From Candidatus Cloacimonadales bacterium (GTDB lineage: Bacteria; Cloacimonadota; Cloacimonadia; Cloacimonadales; DAONDQ01), in contig OY759316.1 of assembly GCA_963662275.1 (NCBI GenBank), positions 3,264,001 to 3,328,000 of the forward strand: 64,000 bases of DNA, in the 5' to 3' direction. Below are positions 1 to 7,440 of the stretch, piece by piece. Position 1 is the stretch's first letter; every line of letters begins with the position of its first letter. A program made the translations under genes and the position numbers. The notes beneath the pieces are model-generated. The model was given only the letters and a program-made list of their open reading frames with translations, searched no databases and was not told the DNA's origin.

Positions 1-56
1 CTTCGAACTTCCTATTTCTCTGCCTTCGCACTTCGCACTTCGTACTTCGTACTTCC

Positions 57-1079
57 TTAGCTGAATTGGCGTAAAAACCTTAAGTCGTTTTCAAATAATA
101 ACCGGATATCCGGTAAATTATACTTCAACATGGCTATACGGTCAATTCCTAAGCCAAAAGCGAAACCGGAATAACGCTCCGGATCGATTCCCAGCATTTC
201 AAAAACATTCGGGTCTACCATACCGGCACCACCCATTTCCAACCATCCGCTACCCTTACATATTCGGCAACCTCTACCTCCGCAACTGACACAACTGATA
301 TCCATTTCAGCACTAGGTTCCGTGAAGGGAAAGAAATGCGGTCTGAACCGTGATTTGGTTCCTGCACCGAACATCTTTGTTGCAAATTGATTGAGAGTAT
401 CCCTTAGATCGGCAAATGTGATATCTTCATCGACAACTAATGCTTCCACCTGGTGAAAAACTGGTGAATGGGAAGCATCGAGTTTATCATTACGGTAACA
501 TCTACCCGGTGATATGATACGAATCGGAGGCTTATGACTCTCCATTGTCCGCACCTGCACTGTGGAAGTTTGAGTCCGCAAGAGTGTATTCTCCGTGATG
601 AAAAATGTATCTGCCAAATTACGGGAAGGGTGATCCTTGGGTGTATTCAGAGCATCAAAATTATGGAACTGATCTTCAATATCGAAACCTTCAGCGATTT
701 CGAAACCGAGACTAATGAAATTATCCTCGATCTCGCGCCATACTTGAGTCAGGGGATGCAAAGCACCTCTTTCATTCCGGCGACCGGGAAGCGTCAGGTC
801 AAGCCTGGATGCTTCCTGTCTGCGGATATACTCCTGTTCAACCATGACTTTTTCCTGAACATTGATCAGTTCTTCCAATTCCCGTTTAGCATCATTAATG
901 ATTGCACCAAAGGCTGGACGTTCCTCCTGGGGAATCTCACGCAAGCGCTTTAGGAAATCCGTTACCTGGCTGTTTTTACCTAAATAACGGGATTTCAGGT
1001 TCGCTAATTCTGCGGGATTCGAAGCAGAACGAATCTCATCACGAGCTATTTGAACGATTTGCTCTAGTTGATTTCTCAC
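57..1079 (-). CDS. pheS: Phenylalanine--tRNA ligase alpha subunit
   Basis: HPL, NFDALN, LLRTQTS, PGRCYR, HSPVFHQVE, RFRPHFFPFTEPS and GFAFGLGIDRIAML motifs; follows rplT. Confidence 0.98.
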   Translation of the reverse strand: MRNQLEQIVQIARDEIRSASNPAELANLKSRYLGKNSQVTDFLKRLREIPQEERPAFGAIINDAKRELEELINVQEKVMVEQEYIRRQEASRLDLTLPGRRNERGALHPLTQVWREIEDNFISLGFEIAEGFDIEDQFHNFDALNTPKDHPSRNLADTFFITENTLLRTQTSTVQVRTMESHKPPIRIISPGRCYRNDKLDASHSPVFHQVEALVVDEDITFADLRDTLNQFATKMFGAGTKSRFRPHFFPFTEPSAEMDISCVSCGGRGCRICKGSGWLEMGGAGMVDPNVFEMLGIDPERYSGFAFGLGIDRIAMLKYNLPDIRLLFENDLRFLRQFS

Positions 1080-1081
1080 GA

Positions 1082-1438
1082 TTAAGCAAGAGCTCCCTTA
1101 GCAAGGGTCACTAATTGTGCAAAAGCTTCTGGATCATGCCAGGCTAAATGTGCCAATACCTTGCGGTTGATGTCGATGTTAGCTTTATGTAAACCGTTAA
1201 TAAATTTACTATAGCTCATGTCATTAATATGGCAGCCTGCATTGATACGTACAATCCAAAGACGGCGAAAGTCTCTTTTTTTAGCTTTACGGTCACGGAA
1301 GGCATATCCCCAACCTTTTTCAACAGTCTGACGAGCGGTAACGTATAAGCGATGGCGAGCACCGAAATAGCCTTTCGCAGCTTTCAAATATTTCTTTCTT
1401 CTCGCGTGGGAAGCTACATTATTGGTTGATCTTGGCAT
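1082..1438 (-). CDS. rplT: 50S ribosomal protein L20
   Basis: MPR...ARRKK..KAAKGYFG, RDRKAKKRDFRRLWIVRINA, INRKVLA. Confidence 0.98.
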   Translation of the reverse strand: MPRSTNNVASHARRKKYLKAAKGYFGARHRLYVTARQTVEKGWGYAFRDRKAKKRDFRRLWIVRINAGCHINDMSYSKFINGLHKANIDINRKVLAHLAWHDPEAFAQLVTLAKGALA

Positions 1439-1452
1439 GTTATCTCTCCTTC

Positions 1453-1647
1453 TTAAACGTTCAGCAGTCTTCTGATTCTTGGAACATCGACTGCAGCGAC
1501 CATTTCGCCCTTTCGCAGATTACGTTTCAGAGTAGCAGACTTTTTTGTTTTAATGTGAGCTGCTTTGGCATGATGTCTTTTAATCTTGCCATTCGCCGTG
1601 ATTTTGAATCGTTTAGCCGTTGCTCTATGGGTTCTGATCTTCGGCAT
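1453..1647 (-). CDS. rpmI: 50S ribosomal protein L35
   Basis: MPKIRTHRATAKRFKITANGKIKR; start moved to the second ATG for spacing from the AGGAGG RBS. Confidence 0.96.
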   Translation of the reverse strand: MPKIRTHRATAKRFKITANGKIKRHHAKAAHIKTKKSATLKRNLRKGEMVAAVDVPRIRRLLNV

Positions 1648-1743
1648 TTCCATTTCCTCCTATATTACTTACATTTTGTTCTTTCTGGTTCCCCTCCCAT
1701 TTAGGGAGGGTTTGGGGAGAGCTAGTTCTTTCTTCTCCCTCTG

Positions 1744-1845
1744 ACCTGTTACCTGTTACCTGTTACCTGTTACCTGTTACCTGTTACCTGTCACCTGTCA
1801 CCTGTCACCTGTCACCTGTCACCTGTCACCTGTCACCTGTCACCT
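1744..1845. repeat. Heptamer tandem repeat (ACCTGTT)6(ACCTGTC)8
   Basis: Counted directly in the infC-rpmI intergenic region. Confidence 0.95.
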
Positions 1846-1891
1846 TCTGCTATGCTCTGCCAATTTTTAATTTTTAACTTTTAATTAAAAA

Positions 1892-2686
1892 TTACGCCTG
1901 GTCAGGATCTATTTCTTTAGTATTCGCTTTTTTCTTGGTCGTTTGTTTCTCAACTTTCAAGGCAGCAACTGCATCTTCAGATGTATCAACCTTCACTTTT
2001 GTGGTTTTTGCCTTAACGCTGACAGATGCTGTCTCCTCTTCTGAGGTTTCGGCATCCAAAGCTATTTCATTGGCTTCAATAGCGGAAATCTGTTCCGGTG
2101 TTGGTTCCGGTTCCATTTTGGAAATGATCTTATCAATCTCTTTCTTCGGGGATATGATCATCATGAGTAAGTTCTTTTCCGCTAAAGGCTGGGAATCAAC
2201 GTCAGCAATATAGGCTAAATCTGCTGCCAATCGTTCCAGGATGGAATAACCAAGTTCCTTGTGTGCCATCTGGCGACCACGGAATTTGACTGTGAATTTT
2301 ACCTTATTATGTTGTTTCAGGAAGCGAGTTGCATTATTCTTTTTAAAGTTGTAATCATGCTCCTCGGTACTCGGTCCGAACTTGATTTCCTTCACTTGAA
2401 TTTCATGCTGTTTCTTACGGGCTTCCTTCACTTTCTTTTCTTTTTGGTAGTAGTATTTGCTAAAATCCATGATGCGGCATACAGGTGGATCAGCAGTGGG
2501 TGATATTTCGACTAGATCAAGCTCTGCTTTCTCTGCCATTTTCATTGCTTCACTGGTTTTTACAATACCAACCTGTGTTCCGTCTGCATCAATTAAACGC
2601 ACCTGATCACATGTGATCTGGCGATTTGAGCGTTCTTTTGGCACGACTTCCTTCATCTTTGCCTTGCCTTTGCGAATCCGGATTAT
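1892..2686 (-). CDS. infC: Translation initiation factor IF-3, probable AUA start, long charged C-terminal extension
   Basis: VRLIDADG..GIV, LDLVEISP..DPPVCRIMDF, VKEIKF, FRGRQ; AAGGAGG-N5-ATA lies in frame 10 codons upstream of the ATG at 2656. Confidence 0.95.
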   Translation of the reverse strand: MIRIRKGKAKMKEVVPKERSNRQITCDQVRLIDADGTQVGIVKTSEAMKMAEKAELDLVEISPTADPPVCRIMDFSKYYYQKEKKVKEARKKQHEIQVKEIKFGPSTEEHDYNFKKNNATRFLKQHNKVKFTVKFRGRQMAHKELGYSILERLAADLAYIADVDSQPLAEKNLLMMIISPKKEIDKIISKMEPEPTPEQISAIEANEIALDAETSEEETASVSVKAKTTKVKVDTSEDAVAALKVEKQTTKKKANTKEIDPDQA

Positions 2687-2713
2687 AGTGGCCTCCTTAT
2701 GGTTATCGTGAAC

Positions 2714-2830
2714 ATAAAAAAAGAGCGGATAAAATATCCGCCCGCTTTATAACTAAGTACATAAATCTCAATACATAGACCTTACTAATATCATCTGAAT
2801 CGTAAGGTAGAAGCGGACAGCCTCTTTACT
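2714..2830 (-). promoter_or_regulatory. L20-leader-like attenuator upstream of infC-rpmI-rplT
   Basis: Hairpins AGAGGC/GCTTCT and ACCTTAC/GTAAGGT; antiterminator CTGTCCGCTT/AAGCGGGCGG competes with terminator GCGGATA/TATCCGC followed by a T run. Confidence 0.75.
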
Positions 2831-3884
2831 CTATAACCAACTTCGTAGACTTCTGGAAATGCGTCAAGTGAATTCAGGAAATTTAACCACGAAACACACG
2901 AAATACACGAAAACAGATATTGTAAGGTAAGGATCAACGGATCAGAATCGTCTGGCATGTCGTAGAGTAGGACTCCGTTCCTGCTTCTGCTTTCGTTCTT
3001 CGCATTTCGCACTACGTATTTCGTACTTCGTACTTCCTTAGAATCCTTAGTATAGTTTAGAGCCTGAAACTTAATTAAACATTATTACGTGTCGATTTTC
3101 GACATCAAAAACGACATGAATAGCTTGTCTTTAAAAAGAATTAATAAAGCGTATTTTTAAATATCCTGTTCTTGTATAACCCCAAACAAAAAGGAGTTAA
3201 AGTGTGAAATCTGAAAATCTCTTATCACGTTTATCAGTCTGTTTTATCGATTTCCTTATTTGCTGGTAGCTGATAATTCTGAAAAACTCCACAGGAGTGA
3301 AATCCGATAACCTGACGTGTGAACGTCAGGATAGCTATGGGAAAAGAATGATAAAACGTTTCAACCCAACGCGGGTGACACTTTTACCGGAACGCTGTTT
3401 TCAAACGGCTATGCTCTGCAACTTCAAAAAGCCTCATAAATTAAGCATTCCATTAGCAATGTAGGGGTTTGCGGAAGTAAACCCATCTGCTGAATGTTGT
3501 GATATCAGTGAAGCAAGAAAAGCAGTAAGTTCATCTAAAATCGGATGCTCTAAATCTCAACTATCTTAACAGTTGAACAGTTCTGCTTTAAAGGGGTTGG
3601 GGGGTCTCTTTCTGTTCTACATTGAGTGGCACTTTGTTGTACGATGGGATTGGTTATCCCAGAGAAATGCAGATTCCGATAATACCATTATCGAATACAA
3701 CACATTACCAATGTATGTTACAACATTGGTGGTTACTCCTTGAGCTGTGTGGAAACTCCTTAAGGTGTTGGCTTCTCTTCTAAAAAGCAACGTAAACGAA
3801 GCTGCCACGATTCCTGAAGTAATCACCACACCAAAACAGCTTACAAAGCTATAGTACAGGTAAAAAGGTAAGAAACCTAAAAAA

Positions 3885-4829
3885 CTACTGGACTGCCCTG
3901 CAGAGACGGACACCCTGGACGAAGTAGCTGACGTACGGGTTGACGTAGTACCGATTCGAAACCCGACAGTCGTAGGCATCGTTGCCCCAGTAACTGCCGC
4001 GTAGCACACGGTTGGGTCCGCTAACTGCACCCTGTGGATTCGTCTGCGCATCAGAGCTATAGGTGCCATACCAGTCCCAGCACCACTCATACACGTTGCC
4101 GCTCATATCATAGATTCCCAGAGCATTGGGAGCCTTCGTACCGACAGGATGAGATGTGTCCCCGGAGTTTGGATGGTACCACGCCACGGCATTCACATCA
4201 TCGCTGCCGATGTATAGATAATCCGGTGTGGAAGTTCCGCCCCTTGCTGCAAATTCCCACTCCGCTTCCGTAGGTAACCTGTACCCATTGGCTGTCCAGT
4301 TGCTGATTGCTGCATCCCAGGTAGCGTCATTTCCAGAAGTGGGAACTGTGCCCCAAGCTGTGGGATTTGTAGAACCACTGATCGTATAGACCGGAGTAAG
4401 ACCTTCGTTCAGACTGCGCAGGTTGCAATACTTCAGGATATCATACCTGGATACATAGTACACAGGATAGTTGCTTCCTACTCCGTATGTTGTTCCAAAT
4501 CCAAATGGATCGCTATTCCATGCTCCCATCACAGCCTCCCATTCGCCCTGCGTCAGCTCATACTTGCCAATCATAAACGATGATAACGTCACGCTGTGCG
4601 TTGGCAATTCCCATTCGATTGCGCCACCGTGTGTATCACCCATGGTGAAAGTACCCCCCGGCACCAACACCATCTGCCCAGGAGTTGTACCCTGGCTAAA
4701 AGTTATATCCGTAATTTCGTTCAGATTAAATGTGGTTGTACCGTTTGTAGTGTGCACATTCAGTTGAGCCTGCGCAAATAGAAAAGAGGTAAAAAGGATA
4801 AGGCAGCTAATAAGTAATATTTTATACAT
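3885..4829 (-). CDS. Secreted FGE-sulfatase (SUMF1/CLec-fold) domain protein; possible DGR target
   Basis: Signal peptide; MVLVPGGTFTMG, GYRLPTEAEWEFAARGG, PNALGIYDMSGNVYEWCWDWY, RVLRGSYW...GVRLCR. Confidence 0.9.
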   Translation of the reverse strand: MYKILLISCLILFTSFLFAQAQLNVHTTNGTTTFNLNEITDITFSQGTTPGQMVLVPGGTFTMGDTHGGAIEWELPTHSVTLSSFMIGKYELTQGEWEAVMGAWNSDPFGFGTTYGVGSNYPVYYVSRYDILKYCNLRSLNEGLTPVYTISGSTNPTAWGTVPTSGNDATWDAAISNWTANGYRLPTEAEWEFAARGGTSTPDYLYIGSDDVNAVAWYHPNSGDTSHPVGTKAPNALGIYDMSGNVYEWCWDWYGTYSSDAQTNPQGAVSGPNRVLRGSYWGNDAYDCRVSNRYYVNPYVSYFVQGVRLCRAVQ

Positions 4830-4838
4830 AACATACTC

Positions 4839-5288
4839 CTATTTCAGCATCAGCATTTTATTGACTTTGATTTGGTCATCGCATTTAACCTTATAAATAT
4901 AAGGTCCCGAGGCACAGGTATTGCCGGATTCATTCAAGCCATTCCAGGTCAGTTCGTGTACACCTTTAGTCATGTTCTCTTTTGCAAGAACTTTCACCAG
5001 TTGTCCTCTGATGTTATAAATTGCGACTTCCGTCTGATACGATTCTGACAATTCAAATTTGATGATGGTTGAGGGATTAAAAGGATTGGGATAATTAGTT
5101 AAAAACTTAATGGGGACTTTGGGCAGAAACGTTACCCAATCATTATTAGAGACGTTATTAAATGTGATCTGCTGAATATCCTGCACCTGGAACTCCGTAG
5201 TTGTTCCATTGGATAAATGGACAATCATGACATCACAATACAGCAGAAACGGCGCTAAACAGAGGCAGACAAGAAAGATATATCTCAT
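4839..5288 (-). CDS. Small secreted protein, essentially a FlgD-Ig/Por-secretion-type C-terminal domain
   Basis: Signal peptide; NYPNPFNPST, IYNIRGQLVK, WNG, SG.YIYK, KMLMLK. Confidence 0.85.
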   Translation of the reverse strand: MRYIFLVCLCLAPFLLYCDVMIVHLSNGTTTEFQVQDIQQITFNNVSNNDWVTFLPKVPIKFLTNYPNPFNPSTIIKFELSESYQTEVAIYNIRGQLVKVLAKENMTKGVHELTWNGLNESGNTCASGPYIYKVKCDDQIKVNKMLMLK

Positions 5289-5861
5289 AGTTCCTCCCTG
5301 ATGATTTGGATTATTTTTTTGAATTCACTTTTAATTGAAATTAAAATGTTTGATAATTATCGGTCAAGTTTTATTCTCTATTGACGTTGAAACGCCTTGG
5401 TTTGATGAATCAAACCGAACAACGAATGAATTCGTTGCTACGGTTATTCGTTGTTACGGTTACTAGTTGCTACGGTTTATTCGTTGTTCTGGTGATATAG
5501 TGGCTAGGTTTCAAACCCAACCCCAAAACAGCTTATAAAGCTAATGATGACTGTAAGAGGTCAGACGCATGGGTCTATCCCTACAATCAGATGCATTTCA
5601 TGTTCCAGTATATTAGCTTCAGGGATAGCCATAAACAAGTTCTTCCGTCTTGAATTTACCGAAAAAGCCTTTGACTGCATGTCTAAATCTTACTTTCATT
5701 TCAACCTATTTTCAGATATTTTAACACGAACTCACCCTCTCTGAAACTGACACCTGGTACCTGAAACCTGTCACCTTCTTCATTGTGTTTCGTGGTTACA
5801 TTCTTCCTTTTTCTTCTTCCTCTTTCAATTTACTTATTTGAGTCAACTATCATACGGAAAA

Positions 5862-5970
5862 GATTATACCGGTTTCAATCCTGTTTCATACCAGTTTCAA
5901 TCCTGTTTCATTCCTGTTTCGCAAAACTGATATGGAACAGGTATAAACCTTGCTTGGACTTGGATTAAAT
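5862..5970. repeat. 11-bp-period fold-back array; inverted copy at 63421-63540
   Basis: GTTTC at 5872, 5883, 5894, 5905 and 5916, then a degenerate inverted arm. Confidence 0.85.
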
Positions 5971-6081
5971 TCAGTATCATATATTCGGTTCTTTGTTTGC
6001 CTGGAGGTAAGGTTGTCCCAACCTCGAAACGATAAGCATAAGGTGCTAGGTGCCAGACTCAGGGCGGAGCATCTGCAGAGT

Positions 6082-6127
6082 AGGCGAAAGGAATTCGCCT
6101 CGCACGCCGATAAGCAATCGGCGTTCC
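6082..6127. repeat. 46-bp twin-hairpin repeat; copy at 15323-15368
   Basis: AGGCGAA-loop-TTCGCCT CGC ACGCCGAT-loop-ATCGGCGT TCC. Confidence 0.9.
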
Positions 6128-6222
6128 AGATGGGTCTGCTGACGCAAACCCCTACTTTTTTCTTGCCTTTGATTTCAAACATATTTCCAATTGCTTTTTT
6201 TTGTGAAGAAGGAGGCAATCCT

Positions 6223-7146
6223 ATGGATAGCAAAGTCATTGACTGGTTATTAACCGGGGATGTATCGATCCAGTACCAGGTTTATCGGGATCTACTGCAT
6301 GAAGATCGGAAAGAACTGCAGCAAAGGATTCACAACGAAGGTTGGTGTAAACATTTCCTGGATCTACAGAAGGATGATGGACATTGGGCGTTGGGTTGGT
6401 ATCGACCAAAATGGACTTGCACTCACTACACTTTACTTACTTTGAAATACCTCTCACCCATTAAAGAAATCTCTTCGATCCAGGGAATCATAGAAAGCGG
6501 TTTGAAGAATAACTTCGCCAAGGATGGGGGCATTGGTTTCTGGGGTAATCACACTTACAGTGACGTTTGCGTGAATGGCATGTTCCTGAACTATGCAGCT
6601 TATTTTGTCAAGCCGGATGAGCGTTTTCATATTCTCATCGATTCGCTGCTGAAGATGCAGATGAAGGATGGAGGCTGGAATTGTCGTTTTCGTCATGGTG
6701 CAGTTCATAGCTCTTTTCATACTACTTTAGCCGTACTGGAAGGCTTGTGGGAATATCGGCAAAATGATGGTGTTTATCGATTGAACGAAATCACAAAAGC
6801 GGAGAATAGAGCCATCGAATTTCTCCTTGAACACAATCTATTCCTTTCACATCGCACAAAAGAGATCGTAGATCCTAAAATGACCATTATTTCTTATCCT
6901 CCGCATTGGAGATATAATATCCTGAGGTCTTTGTTGTACTTCGTAGAAAGAAAATTACCCTGGGATGACAGGCTGAAACCTGCAATTGACCTATTGCTAA
7001 AAAAAAGAACACCGGAAGGTTTCTGGCTGCTTGAACAACATCAACCGGGGAAAGTGCATTTCCGAATGGAAAAAGTAGGAAAACAGAGTTATTGGAATAC
7101 GCTCAGAGCACTGAAAGTGCTGTCAGAATTAAAAATTAAAAGTTAA
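6223..7146 (+). CDS. Conserved hypothetical protein with prenyltransferase/squalene-cyclase-like repeats
   Basis: AGGAGG RBS before MDSKVIDWLLTGDVSIQYQ; QxxDGxW repeats (QKDDGHW, QMKDGGWNC); YPPHWRYNILR; WNTLRALKVL. Confidence 0.8.
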   Translation: MDSKVIDWLLTGDVSIQYQVYRDLLHEDRKELQQRIHNEGWCKHFLDLQKDDGHWALGWYRPKWTCTHYTLLTLKYLSPIKEISSIQGIIESGLKNNFAKDGGIGFWGNHTYSDVCVNGMFLNYAAYFVKPDERFHILIDSLLKMQMKDGGWNCRFRHGAVHSSFHTTLAVLEGLWEYRQNDGVYRLNEITKAENRAIEFLLEHNLFLSHRTKEIVDPKMTIISYPPHWRYNILRSLLYFVERKLPWDDRLKPAIDLLLKKRTPEGFWLLEQHQPGKVHFRMEKVGKQSYWNTLRALKVLSELKIKS

Positions 7147-7282
7147 AAAATAAAAGTTGCAGAATTGCAGAAGGTACTAGGTGTCAGGAAGAAGATGAAC
7201 AGGTAATTACTTCCCTCCCTTTGGATAAGCAAGCATAGGAAATACGAAAGCAGACAGTAGGATCGGAATCCTACTCCACGAC

Positions 7283-7388
7283 AAAACGGGCTACTCGGTG
7301 TGAGCAGCCCGTTTGTATTATGTTTCTTTTAGCTCAAGTTTCATAACGCACGGGGTGCGTTATGCCACCTCACGGGGTGAGGCGTTCC
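7283..7388. repeat. 106-bp structured direct repeat, left copy
   Basis: Ungapped similarity to 12725-12830. Confidence 0.9.
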
Positions 7389-7440
7389 CCCTGTACACTG
7401 TTACCCTGTATGCTGTTCGCTGTACGCAGTACGCTTCTGC

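Noticed and set aside
3190..3290. Short ORF after AAGGAG at ~3191
   Set aside because: Only about 20 codons before a stop. It may be a remnant but cannot be supported.
3617..4090. 157-aa minus-strand ORF
   Set aside because: Alternative frame overlapping the FGE gene and downstream repeats, with no recognisable motif.
5415..5510. DGR template repeat for the FGE gene
   Set aside because: It is a ~16-bp tandem decay (TTCGTTGCTACGGTTA) of a REP-like end and does not align with the VR scaffold. No TR or RT was found in the window.
5862..5970. CRISPR repeats (GTTTCAATCC resembles a repeat start; also 63421-63540)
   Set aside because: Units recur every 11 bp with no room for spacers.
5950..6222. 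N-terminal 91 aa of the 398-aa ORF
   Set aside because: It runs through intergenic repeats. A clear AGGAGG precedes ATG 6223, where the family-like sequence begins.
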